Of a DNA stretch of 64,000 nt, positions 19,617 to 29,169 are shown one piece after another. Where the stretch lies: assembly GCA_963674745.2 (NCBI GenBank), contig CAXXDV010000003.1, positions 928,001 through 992,000 of the forward strand, read 5' to 3'. The notes beneath the pieces are model-generated. The model saw only the letters and a list, made by a program, of their open reading frames with translations. It made no database searches and had not been told where the DNA came from. The stretch's first letter is position 1, and each line of letters begins with the position of its first letter. The DNA is from Desulfosudaceae bacterium. GTDB lineage: Bacteria > Desulfobacterota > Desulfobacteria > Desulfobacterales > Desulfosudaceae. The translations under genes were made by a program, and so were the position numbers.

Positions 19617-20768
19617 ATGTTAAGCAACGGCGCCTTAACGGGTATTAAGGTAATTGATCTGTCCCGGCTGCTGCCCGGGCCTTACTGCTCCATGATCCTG
19701 GCGGATCACGGAGCGCGGGTGATTGCCGTAGAAGACAAGCGGTTTCTGGCTGACGGCCTTTTTATGAATATCGTCAACCGAAACAAGCAGCATATCGCGC
19801 TGGATTTGAAAACACCGGAAGGAAAAGAGATCTTCTTCAAATTGCTGGAAGACGCGGATGTGGTACTGGAAGGATTCCGACCGGGGGTGGTGGAAAAACT
19901 CGGGGTAGATTACAAGACCCTGTCTGAAAAGAACCCCGGAATTGTTTATTGCTCGATTAGCGGTTACGGCCAGGATGGTGCCTGCCGGGATCGCAGCGGC
20001 CATGATGTCAACTACCTGGCCATGTGCGGTGTTCTGGACCAGATCGGCCCGAAGGGCCAGCCGCCCAGTATTCCGGGCATTCAGTTCGCCGATATCGCCG
20101 GCGGCGGTATGAATGCTGCTATCGGTATCCTGATGGCCCTGGTGGCCCGGGAAAAGACCGGCCGGGGCCAGTACATCGACATTTCCATGACCGATTCCAT
20201 GCTGGCCTTCATGCCCACGGCCCTGTTCATGTACCATCTGGCGGGGATGTGGCCCGGTCGGAGCGATGCCGTGCTTTCCCACCGTTACGCGTTTTACAAT
20301 ACCTATCGGACCAGGGATGAACGCGACATTTCCATCGGCGCCCTGGAACACCGGTTCTGGAAAAATCTTTGCGAACATCTCGGGGTACCCGAATTCGCTT
20401 CCCTGCAGTATGATGAAACCCGTCGTCAGGAAATCCTCGACCGGATACGCGAGATTTTCGCCTCCAAAACCCTGGCGGAATGGAAACAGGATCTCGAAGG
20501 CGTGGACTGCTGCTGGGCACCGGTACAGACCTTTGCCGAGGTAATGGAAGATCCGTTTTTCGCCGAGCGGCAGATGATCGTTGAAACCGGTGATCCTGAT
20601 CCCAAAAAGGCCAAGACCTTCGGCGTGTCGGTCAAGCTGAGCGATACGCCCGGCGGTGTCCGCACAACGCCGGACGGGTTCGGCGAGAGTACGGCGGCAG
20701 TGCTCAAAGAACTGGGTTACAATGACGAAGAAATAAAACATCTTTCAGAAATCGGGGTGACCATATGA
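19617..20768 (+). CDS. CaiB/BaiF family III CoA-transferase, alpha-methylacyl-CoA racemase-like
   Basis: DLSRLLPGP, EGFRPGV, SGYGQDG, GHDVNY and ADIAGGG (AMACR/MCR His and Asp motifs). Confidence 0.9.
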   Translation: MLSNGALTGIKVIDLSRLLPGPYCSMILADHGARVIAVEDKRFLADGLFMNIVNRNKQHIALDLKTPEGKEIFFKLLEDADVVLEGFRPGVVEKLGVDYKTLSEKNPGIVYCSISGYGQDGACRDRSGHDVNYLAMCGVLDQIGPKGQPPSIPGIQFADIAGGGMNAAIGILMALVAREKTGRGQYIDISMTDSMLAFMPTALFMYHLAGMWPGRSDAVLSHRYAFYNTYRTRDERDISIGALEHRFWKNLCEHLGVPEFASLQYDETRRQEILDRIREIFASKTLAEWKQDLEGVDCCWAPVQTFAEVMEDPFFAERQMIVETGDPDPKKAKTFGVSVKLSDTPGGVRTTPDGFGESTAAVLKELGYNDEEIKHLSEIGVTI

Positions 20769-21400
20769 ATTCCCTTGTGTCGGTTTTTACGTCTTCTGTC
20801 GGCAAAAAACTGCTGATGGCGGTTACCGGCTTCAGCTTCTGCGGTTTTCTGGTTGTTCACTTGATCGGTAACCTGACCGTATACGGTGGCAGCGGCATGT
20901 TCAACGCTTACGTGGATCATCTCCACTCACTTGGCCTGTTGATCAATGTGGCCGAGTTGGGATTGCTGTTTCTGGCCATTGTGCATGTCTCGACCGGAAC
21001 CATCCTTTTTATTCAGAATTGGCGCGCCCGCCCGGTTAAATACGCCGGCAGAAAGAACGCCGGAGGCCGTACCATCGGGTCGGCCACCATGCCTTACACC
21101 GGGTTTATTATCCTCGTATTTCTGGTGTTTCATCTGGCGGGTTTCCATTTTGCCGATCATTCCGGCCGGACGGTGTACGACATTCTTGTCGGCGCTTTTT
21201 CAGTTCCGCTGACGGCTGGTTTATACGTATTGGCCGTGCTGATTGTGGCCACGCACATCAGCCACGGATTCTGGAGCCTGTTTCAAACGGTGGGCTTCAA
21301 CCATGTCAAGTACATGCCGCTGATCATGGTCCTGGGGTGGATCTTTTCGATTACGGTTGCAGCCGGGTTCGGATTGATACCGATTTACGTGCTTTTGTAA
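20765..21400 (+). CDS. sdhC: Succinate dehydrogenase/fumarate reductase cytochrome b subunit
   Basis: SSVGKKLLMAVTG, HLIGNL, His-bearing TM helices, HGFWSLFQT; lies upstream of sdhAB. Confidence 0.93.
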   Translation: MNSLVSVFTSSVGKKLLMAVTGFSFCGFLVVHLIGNLTVYGGSGMFNAYVDHLHSLGLLINVAELGLLFLAIVHVSTGTILFIQNWRARPVKYAGRKNAGGRTIGSATMPYTGFIILVFLVFHLAGFHFADHSGRTVYDILVGAFSVPLTAGLYVLAVLIVATHISHGFWSLFQTVGFNHVKYMPLIMVLGWIFSITVAAGFGLIPIYVLL

Positions 21401-21401
21401 G

Positions 21402-21475
21402 GGGCCGAGGATTCAAGGGGTCAAGGGTTTAAGTGAACGGCGACGTGCCCTCGACTCCTGGACCCCTTGAACCAT
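21402..21475. repeat. Short inverted octamer array (GATTCAAG/GGGTCAAG/GGTTTAAG ... CTCGACTC/CTGGACCC/CTTGAACC)
   Basis: Read directly between sdhC and sdhA; forms an imperfect hairpin. Confidence 0.65.
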
Positions 21476-21568
21476 GTGTGCCGACTGAATGAAAGAAGAA
21501 CAAGAGATTTAAACCTGGTTTAATAATAAGGATCGGTCTTTAATCGTAGCAAATAAAGTGAGGACTTT

Positions 21569-23482
21569 ATGAAACTTGATGCGAATACGCCCGGCGGGCC
21601 ACTGGCAGAAAAGTGGGACCGCCACCAGTTTGAACTGAAGCTGGTCAATCCGGCCAACAAGCGGAAGTTTACCATCATCGTGGTCGGCTCGGGTCTGGCC
21701 GGCGGCTCTGCGGCCGCCAGCCTGGCGGAACTGGGATATAATGTCAAGTGCTTCTGCATTCAGGATTCTCCCCGGCGGGCCCACAGCATAGCAGCCCAGG
21801 GCGGGATCAACGCCGCCAAGAACTACCAGAACGACGGTGACAGTGTCTGGCGGCTGTTTTACGATACCATCAAGGGCGGTGATTTCCGGGCCAGGGAGGC
21901 CAACGTCTACCGGCTGGCCCAGCTGAGCACCAACATCATCGACCAGTGCGTGGCCCAGGGCGTACCGTTTGCGCGGGAATATGGCGGCCTGCTGGCCAAC
22001 CGTTCCTTTGGCGGGGCCCAGGTATCCCGGACCTTTTATGCCCGGGGACAGACCGGACAACAGCTGCTTCTCGGCGCTTACGGTGCGTTGTCCCGCCAGA
22101 TCAAGACCGGCAAGGTGGAGATGTTTCCCCGCCGGGAAATGCTTGACCTGGTAGTGGTGGACGGCAAAGCCCGGGGCATTACCGTCCGCAACCTGATCAC
22201 GGGTGATATTGAATCCCATGCCGCTCATGCCGTGGTCCTTTGTACCGGCGGCTATGGTAACGTTTTTTTTCTGTCCACCAACGCCATGGCCAGCAATGTC
22301 ACGGCCGCCTTCCGGGCGTATAAAAAGGGGGCGGGTTTTGCCAACCCCTGCTTTACCCAGATTCATCCGACCTGTATCCCGGTGCACGGCACCTACCAGT
22401 CCAAGCTGACCCTGATGAGCGAAAGCCTGCGCAACGACGGCCGGGTGTGGGTTCCGAAAAATCCCGGCGACAAGCGTCCGCCCCACGAAATCCCGGAAAG
22501 CGACCGGGATTATTACCTGGAGAACAAATACCCCAGCTTCGGCAACCTGGTGCCCAGGGACGTGGCTTCACGCAATGCCAAGGAACAGTGCGACAAGGGT
22601 AAGGGCGTGGGGGATACCGGTCTGGCTGTTTATCTTGATTTTGCCGATGCCATTAACAGAGACGGCCAGGACGTCATTGCCCGCAAATACGGCAACCTGT
22701 TTGCCATGTACGAAAAAATCACCGCTGAAAACCCCTATCAAACGCCCATGAGAATTTATCCGGCCGTACATTATACCATGGGCGGTTTGTGGGTGGATTA
22801 CAACCTGATGAGTAACCTGGAGGGCTTGTTCGTTCTGGGTGAGGCCAATTTTTCAGATCACGGGGCCAACCGGCTCGGGGCCAGCGCCCTGATGCAGGGC
22901 CTGGCCGACGGGTATTTTGTTATTCCTTATACCATCGGCGGCTATCTGGCCGGATCCGGACTGGCGGAAATTACTGCCGACCACGCCGCTTTCAAGGATT
23001 CCGCTGGGGAAACCCGGGCTGTTACAGACAAGCTTCTGTCTGTCAAGGGCAAACGGACGGTGGATGATTTTCACAAACAGCTGGGACAGGTCATGTGGGA
23101 TCACTGCGGTATGGCCCGGAATGACGAAAGCCTGACCAAAGCGCTTGGTTTGATCAAAGACCTGCGGCAGTCCTACTGGGAGGATGTCACCGTGCCAGGT
23201 GCGGCGGCCGATTTAAACCAGTCCCTGGAAAAAGCATGCCGGGTGGCGGATTTTATGGAATTTTCCGAAATCATGATCGAAGACGCGCTGGCCCGTCGGG
23301 AGTCCTGTGGCTGCCATTTCAACGAGGCCTATCAGACCGACGAAAATGAGGCTTTGCGGGATGACGAGAATTTTTCCCATGTGTCTGTCTGGGAGTACGC
23401 CGGACAAGGGCAGAAACCGGTTTTTCACAAAGAGCCACTGGCGTTTGAGAACGTGAAATTGTCGCAAAGGAGCTATAAATAA
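21569..23482 (+). CDS. sdhA: Succinate dehydrogenase/fumarate reductase flavoprotein subunit
   Basis: [21 protein letters not shown] (FAD-His), QIHPT, HYTMGG, HGANRLG. Confidence 0.96.
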   Translation: MKLDANTPGGPLAEKWDRHQFELKLVNPANKRKFTIIVVGSGLAGGSAAASLAELGYNVKCFCIQDSPRRAHSIAAQGGINAAKNYQNDGDSVWRLFYDTIKGGDFRAREANVYRLAQLSTNIIDQCVAQGVPFAREYGGLLANRSFGGAQVSRTFYARGQTGQQLLLGAYGALSRQIKTGKVEMFPRREMLDLVVVDGKARGITVRNLITGDIESHAAHAVVLCTGGYGNVFFLSTNAMASNVTAAFRAYKKGAGFANPCFTQIHPTCIPVHGTYQSKLTLMSESLRNDGRVWVPKNPGDKRPPHEIPESDRDYYLENKYPSFGNLVPRDVASRNAKEQCDKGKGVGDTGLAVYLDFADAINRDGQDVIARKYGNLFAMYEKITAENPYQTPMRIYPAVHYTMGGLWVDYNLMSNLEGLFVLGEANFSDHGANRLGASALMQGLADGYFVIPYTIGGYLAGSGLAEITADHAAFKDSAGETRAVTDKLLSVKGKRTVDDFHKQLGQVMWDHCGMARNDESLTKALGLIKDLRQSYWEDVTVPGAAADLNQSLEKACRVADFMEFSEIMIEDALARRESCGCHFNEAYQTDENEALRDDENFSHVSVWEYAGQGQKPVFHKEPLAFENVKLSQRSYK

Positions 23483-24237
23483 TGAAGAACATCAATCTGA
23501 CCTTGAAGGTGTGGCGTCAGGGCACCAATGAATCCAAAGGCAGGTTTGAAACATACCCGGCCAAAAACATCTCCACGGATATGTCCTTTCTGGAAATGCT
23601 CGATGTGGTCAACGAAGAACTGACCCTGGCCGGCAAAGAACCCATCGCGTTTGATCATGACTGTCGCGAAGGCATCTGCGGCATGTGCGGCACCATGGTC
23701 AATGGACATGCCCATGGCCATGAAAAAGGAACGACCCTGTGCCAGCTTCACATGCGTCATTTTGACAACGGGGATACCCTGGTTATCGAGCCCTGGCGGG
23801 CCCGGGCCTTCAAGGTGGTCAAGGATCTGATTGTCGACCGCAGCGCCTTTGACAAAATCATTCAGGAAGGCGGATATGTCTCGGTTAATACCGGCGGCGT
23901 TCCCGACGGCAATGCCATCCCCGTTCCCCAGGAAATCGCGGAAAAGGCCATGGATGCCGCCGCCTGCATCGGCTGCGGCGCCTGTGTGGCCGCCTGTCCC
24001 AATGCCTCGGCCATGCTGTTTACCAGTGCCAAAATTTCTCAACTGGCCCTGTTGCCCCAGGGCCGTCCTGAAGCGGCCAAAAGGGTGGCGGCCATGTTGA
24101 ACATGCACGACTGTCTGGGTTTCGGCAACTGTTCCAATGAAAGGGAGTGCGAGGCAAGTTGTCCCAAGGAAATATCCATTGTCAACATCGCCCGGATGAA
24201 TCGCGAGTTTTTGAAGGCCGGGTTCCTGGCTGAATAA
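23482..24237 (+). CDS. sdhB: Succinate dehydrogenase/fumarate reductase iron-sulfur subunit
   Basis: [33 protein letters not shown]. Confidence 0.96.
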   Translation: MKNINLTLKVWRQGTNESKGRFETYPAKNISTDMSFLEMLDVVNEELTLAGKEPIAFDHDCREGICGMCGTMVNGHAHGHEKGTTLCQLHMRHFDNGDTLVIEPWRARAFKVVKDLIVDRSAFDKIIQEGGYVSVNTGGVPDGNAIPVPQEIAEKAMDAAACIGCGACVAACPNASAMLFTSAKISQLALLPQGRPEAAKRVAAMLNMHDCLGFGNCSNERECEASCPKEISIVNIARMNREFLKAGFLAE

Positions 24238-24311
24238 TGCAGGGGCACGGCGTGCCGTGCCCAATTGTGAATCACGTTCATGTAGGGGCGACCCGCCGGT
24301 CACCCCTACAT
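24238..24311. repeat. REP-like doublet downstream of sdhB
   Basis: GCAGGGGCACGGCGTGCCGTGCCC and TGTAGGGGCGACCCGCCGGTCACCCCTACA. Confidence 0.75.
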
Positions 24312-24334
24312 GAAGGCATACCCCGGATACCATT

Positions 24335-24982
24335 ATGACGTCCACCTCTATCCATCCCGCCACATCCCTGGTCGGTATCATGGCAGACAGTCACGGACAG
24401 ATAAATGCCTTGTCCGCCGGATTGTCGGTACTGCAACATCATGGCTGCGACGTGATTTACCACTTGGGAGACATCTGCGACTCTACTTATTTTGAGACCA
24501 CCCGGGAATGCCTGGATACTATCCGGGAATACCAGGTGATGGCCATAAAAGGCAATAATGAGCACGCCATTGCCGTGAACCTGAAAGATCATGAACACGA
24601 TCCCCAAGCTGTTGCATTGGCATCGTATTTATCACAACTGCCACTGGTCCGTTCCTGTAAGGGAGCAATTTTCGCGCACTCGCTTCCGTTTGAAAAAGAA
24701 CTGGGGTTGTCCGCCATGGTGCGGATAATGGAGCCCCTGGCGGCAGAACTGTTTTTCAGGATGTATCCCGAACAGGTCCTGTTCCGGGGCCATAGCCATA
24801 CGCCGGAACTTGTTTTTTCCCAGGAGGGCAGGGCGGTCACCCGTTCTCTTCCGGCGGATGAAAAGATTTACCTGTCTGATATCCGGCCTTGCGTGGTGAC
24901 TTGCGGTGCCCTGATGGACGGCCTCTGTCTGCTCTGGAACCCGGATGAAGACTGGATCAGATCTCTTTCCTGCCCGTTTTAA
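24335..24982 (+). CDS. Calcineurin-like metallophosphoesterase
   Basis: ADSHG, HLGDICD, KGNNE, GHSH motifs. Confidence 0.9.
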   Translation: MTSTSIHPATSLVGIMADSHGQINALSAGLSVLQHHGCDVIYHLGDICDSTYFETTRECLDTIREYQVMAIKGNNEHAIAVNLKDHEHDPQAVALASYLSQLPLVRSCKGAIFAHSLPFEKELGLSAMVRIMEPLAAELFFRMYPEQVLFRGHSHTPELVFSQEGRAVTRSLPADEKIYLSDIRPCVVTCGALMDGLCLLWNPDEDWIRSLSCPF

Positions 24983-25089
24983 ATCAAGGGCTAAAAAAAG
25001 CTTTTTTGTTCTTTTTGAAACGACCCGCTGTGGGCACACCAAACGCGCATCAATGTGTGGTTACCGAAAACAGTGGTTCCCGAAAAGCA

Positions 25090-25117
25090 TTGACACACAA
25101 GGCCTTCTTCCTATAAA
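25090..25117 (+). promoter_or_regulatory. Sigma70-type promoter of the CBS gene, shared with the PilZ gene
   Basis: TTGACACACAAGGCC...TATAAA; an identical 16-mer lies at 41225-41240. Confidence 0.55.
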
Positions 25118-25191
25118 TTAATGGCTAAATAAAACAATTTCTTATCCGTTTTTGGAGATCCTTTATCCTCTTTTAAAAACAGGAGGCGCAT

Positions 25192-25566
25192 ATGGTCACA
25201 GCCAAAGAGATTATGTCCAGCTCTGTTTTAACCGTCAACCTACACATGAAGTTGGTCGACGTTATAAAACTGCTTGTAGAAAACAATGTAACCGGACTGC
25301 CTGTTGTTGATGAAGATATGAACCTGATCGGCGTGGTAACGGAAAAAGACATATTGAAAGTGCTGTACAATAAAGAGAAAAGCAAGGCCGTTAGGGACCT
25401 GATGTCGCAGGAAGTGGTGTCCTTTGATGAAAATACGGATCTAATCAATATCTTCAAGTGCCTTGTCGAAAACAGTTTCAGGCGAGTGCCGATCACCTCT
25501 TCCGGAAAGCTGGTGGGCATCATAAGCCGGCGCGATATTATCAAGTTTCTTTACAACAAGATGTAA
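25192..25566 (+). CDS. CBS domain pair protein
   Basis: AKEIMS, GLPVVD...LIGVVTEKDIL, RRVPI...LVGIISRRDII; AGGAGG RBS. Confidence 0.93.
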   Translation: MVTAKEIMSSSVLTVNLHMKLVDVIKLLVENNVTGLPVVDEDMNLIGVVTEKDILKVLYNKEKSKAVRDLMSQEVVSFDENTDLINIFKCLVENSFRRVPITSSGKLVGIISRRDIIKFLYNKM

Positions 25567-25763
25567 GATCGGATACGGTCACCTGCTTTACCCCGGTTGT
25601 TTCCCATAGTCCGATATTTCATGAATTTTTTCGATACAGATAAGCAGATGCATAAAACACAACTGGTTAATAAAGTCGGTTGCTTTTTCAAAAGACAAAT
25701 CGTCGTAAGCGATTTGGTAATTGGGCACCATAAAAACGGCATTAACAGGATAAACGAAAAGAT

Positions 25764-26198
25764 GTGATGATGAAAAAGATTCCAAGTCACTTTAAAGGAA
25801 TTACACATCCGGTCAGAAAACGCGTCACGGTCCATGGGAAGTATAACCCCTATGAACTGGACAGTTCATTTTCACATATCATTTGTAATTGCGAAAACCG
25901 TTTTTTCAGGATCTATCTATCGGAATACCCGGAAGTTAAATGTGTCTGCTCCTCCTGCGGGCAGGAACTCATCATTTATGATGCCTCATGTTACCCGGCG
26001 GCAACGGGATATGAACCGGATAAAGGCAATTTCAACAAATGGGTTTCCGGTACAGGAAAAGAGTCTTTCCAGATCATCGCCATCTGGCTTTATCCCCAGT
26101 ACCCCGATCACCAGGATGATGTCGACTGGTTCGTCATGATAATCCACGACCCCGTCACAGATGAATATACGGAGATACTGAATTACCAGACCGGGTAA
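25764..26198 (+). CDS. Hypothetical protein with a possible Zn-ribbon (CxC ... CxxC)
   Basis: 144-aa ORF with ICNCEN and CVCSSCG; exact start (25764/25767/25770) uncertain. Confidence 0.65.
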   Translation: MMMKKIPSHFKGITHPVRKRVTVHGKYNPYELDSSFSHIICNCENRFFRIYLSEYPEVKCVCSSCGQELIIYDASCYPAATGYEPDKGNFNKWVSGTGKESFQIIAIWLYPQYPDHQDDVDWFVMIIHDPVTDEYTEILNYQTG

Positions 26199-26210
26199 AT
26201 CCAATAATCG

Positions 26211-27290
26211 TCAGTTTTTCCCGAAAACCCGTGGGCCCGTAAAACGGAAAAGGCCTGACGTTTCTTCGTTTTTGATTGTTTCTGCTTCTTCACCGAAAAA
26301 CGTCTGCCGCAGTTGATCCAGTTGGTATTCCCGGTCCGGACCGCCGGGTTCGTTGAGAATGTCGGCCCGGGCCTGCATATACGACCGGCCGTTTTCCCAA
26401 CGTTGTTCTCTTAAATCATCCAGTTCCGACCAGCGGTTTAGAGCGGCCGCATCCATCCCCATGGCGCAACGTAAGTCGGCCAGGTTTTCCTTCCTTTCTT
26501 CCGGGGCCATGTCTTGAAGGTCTGCCTGAACGCTTTTGAGAGTCAGAAATTTGTCAATCATATTCTGTTGATAGGCCTGCTTGTATGTCTCCGCCTGGTT
26601 GTCATAGATACTGTCGATGCTGACCAGGTAATAATTGACTTTTTCGTTAAACGGTATTTTCGTCTCATTGATCTGTTCCAATGATCGGGTGAGTTTTTCC
26701 CCTTTGATCTCCATTTCCCAGATCTGCTCGACATCATCTCCGAAAAACGTCTTTCGCTTGTCCCAGAGGAACGCTTTTCGTTCATTGGTTTTCATGCCCA
26801 GCAATATCATGTAATTGTTCGCCACCCACTGTTTGTAATCCATCAGTTTATGAAAGTTGTCATACAAGGCTGCTGCCCGTTCCGGAAAAGCCAGGGTGAG
26901 GTATTCATATACATGCGCCTGCCAGTTTTCCGGGTAGATTTCCTTCAGGTAGCCAATCAGTTTTTCGATGGCCTGAAGCTGGACGCCGGCGTGATCCATT
27001 CTTCCCGCGAACAGGTCGTTAAGGCGGGCAACAATGACAACCTGATTCAACTCTTCGTCGGTTTCTTCTGTCCCGGCTTCATCGGATATGTCCGCCTCCG
27101 GTGTCTCTTTACCGGATGATGGGAACGATTTTTCTGTTGTCATCATTTCCGATAACGATCCGCTCTGCTTTTCGGCAGGCATAGCCGTCTGTTCCAGGCT
27201 GGCTTCTGTTTTTGAAAAAAACCAGATAAACGAAATGACGCAAATCAAAATGGCGCTGATGATAATCCCGGTGGTTTTGTATCGTTTCAT
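26211..27290 (-). CDS. Probable lipase-specific foldase (lipase chaperone)
   Basis: N-terminal membrane anchor, acidic linker, helical repeats with RxxFFG motifs; directly downstream of a family I-like lipase. Confidence 0.65.
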   Translation of the reverse strand: MKRYKTTGIIISAILICVISFIWFFSKTEASLEQTAMPAEKQSGSLSEMMTTEKSFPSSGKETPEADISDEAGTEETDEELNQVVIVARLNDLFAGRMDHAGVQLQAIEKLIGYLKEIYPENWQAHVYEYLTLAFPERAAALYDNFHKLMDYKQWVANNYMILLGMKTNERKAFLWDKRKTFFGDDVEQIWEMEIKGEKLTRSLEQINETKIPFNEKVNYYLVSIDSIYDNQAETYKQAYQQNMIDKFLTLKSVQADLQDMAPEERKENLADLRCAMGMDAAALNRWSELDDLREQRWENGRSYMQARADILNEPGGPDREYQLDQLRQTFFGEEAETIKNEETSGLFRFTGPRVFGKN

Positions 27291-27324
27291 TTTTTATCTG
27301 TTTCCTGTCATGCGTTAGGTTTTG

Positions 27325-27362
27325 AAATACCGGGGAAGGAACGCGTTCCTTCCCCGGTATTT
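27325..27362. terminator. Perfect 38-bp palindrome between lipase and foldase (terminator or mRNA-stabilising hairpin)
   Basis: AAATACCGGGGAAGGAACGCGTTCCTTCCCCGGTATTT, followed by a T-run on the + strand. Confidence 0.7.
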
Positions 27363-27390
27363 TTTTATTAAGTGTATTTCTAAGTTAACT

Positions 27391-28566
27391 TTACCAGAAC
27401 CACCAGCCTCCGGAGTCAACACCTTCATTATCGGCAATGTAGTCAATCAGGTCGCCATAGAACTGGAATTCGTCAAAGATGTCGGGAATCAGATAAGGAA
27501 TAACACCCAAACCGAGAACATCCAGATGGTCCTGGTCAACGACGCTGCTGTGGGATGTGGATTGGACCTGGTTGGGCCGGTTGATGTCCGCCACGTAGCC
27601 GGTGGAATCGTCTTCATCAAAATAGGTGCCGAAGAACCAGCTTTTTTTGTATTTCAGGCGATAGCCCATCTGCTGGGAGTTGATGCCCACAAGGCCGTCG
27701 TCGTCATTATCCTCGAAATCCCCGTCACCACAACCGGCGACACCATCATTGTCTCCGTCTTCATTGCTCGGCTCGCACCAGCCGTCCCCGTCGATATCAA
27801 GGGGCGCTACCAGTCCCAGGGCCTGCAGAATCGGGTTGAGGTTTCCCTGAGTGGCGGTGATGATCGAGGCATAGTGACCCACACAGTCATCGTCAATCCC
27901 GTATTTGTTGTTGAATGCCCGGGCACCGGTCGTCAAACCGTCGTTGGGATCATAATCATCATACACAAATGATTTCATGCTGGCCTTAAAATCACTGACG
28001 TCCAGCACCAGAAAGGGACCGACAAGATAGTTGACCAGCACTTCCAGAACCGAGTTGATCATGCTGTCTCCGCCATCAAGTACACCCTTTCCCACAGGTG
28101 AACCCCGATGGGGGGCTGAAATGGATACCAGCACCTTGACGACTTGTTTCCCTTTGCGGTCATGGAGCAGTTTGGCCGCCTTTCTGGCGTCCATGCCGCC
28201 CTGGGAATGACCGACGATATTGACGCAGTCGGCCCCGACCGTGGCCATGTAGCTTTCGATCTGATCGGCCAGCTCCAGGCCCCGGTGTTCGGATGATTGA
28301 AAGGGGTTGACCGAGGCGGCAAAGGCCTGTTGCTTTTTGTCTATTTCGTTGTTGCAGGATGTTTCAAGAAATCCGTCGCAGGGATCACCGACAAATACGC
28401 CGTAATCGTTACCAAAATAATCAATTCCCACCAGCTCGTCAAACCCCAGCATGCCGTGGGCGAACACGACCGGATATTCTGTTTTATCCGCCCGGGCAAA
28501 CGCCCCGGTTGACATGCCCGCAACAACCACACTTACCAGTGCTGCCAAAAACATTTTTTTGAACAT
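27391..28566 (-). CDS. Secreted triacylglycerol lipase (alpha/beta hydrolase)
   Basis: Signal peptide MFKKMFLAALV...AFA, YPVVFAHGMLGF, GHSQGG, PHRGS, DGLV, DHLD; AAGGAG RBS before 28566. Confidence 0.92.
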   Translation of the reverse strand: MFKKMFLAALVSVVVAGMSTGAFARADKTEYPVVFAHGMLGFDELVGIDYFGNDYGVFVGDPCDGFLETSCNNEIDKKQQAFAASVNPFQSSEHRGLELADQIESYMATVGADCVNIVGHSQGGMDARKAAKLLHDRKGKQVVKVLVSISAPHRGSPVGKGVLDGGDSMINSVLEVLVNYLVGPFLVLDVSDFKASMKSFVYDDYDPNDGLTTGARAFNNKYGIDDDCVGHYASIITATQGNLNPILQALGLVAPLDIDGDGWCEPSNEDGDNDGVAGCGDGDFEDNDDDGLVGINSQQMGYRLKYKKSWFFGTYFDEDDSTGYVADINRPNQVQSTSHSSVVDQDHLDVLGLGVIPYLIPDIFDEFQFYGDLIDYIADNEGVDSGGWWFW

Positions 28567-29169
28567 TTCCCGTCTCCTTTTTAAAAAAAAATTGATTGTG
28601 AGAAAAATCCCCCTGTCTTTTAAGCCCATATTGTCCGGAAAAAAGGTGCCTGTCTGGCCAACAGGTCTTAGAATCTGCAATTGACCGTCGTTTTTTTTTA
28701 AGGGATTAAAAAAAAGTGTACCTCAAGCCGTTATGACAAAAGTTGCGCAAACGCTAAAAAACATTTGTTTTTTATTTGATAAAAAAAGAAATAAGAAGCG
28801 GTGAACCTGGTCGCTGAGTCGTCACTTTCGGACCTGACTGACATTGACCAGTGATTCTGGGTGTTTTTTTTGGGGGATTTCTTTAAACTATATTGAACAG
28901 CCCAATTAAAAACCCGATTTTTGATGAAATTTTTTGTTAACCCTATTTATCTGTTTACAAAAGCGATTTAATATGCGAATTAATTTTTACTTACCGTTAA
29001 AAAATAATCTTTAATGACAAATAGTTATGGTTATATGCCGTTCAAACGCCGCTCGGCATAATCGTGTTCTGCTGGAATCGGATATCGGATAATTTATTGA
29101 AATTAATTTTAAAAATCATTTTCAGATTAAAGCGTAAAATACCGGGCAGCAGTTGAAGAGATATGCCTC

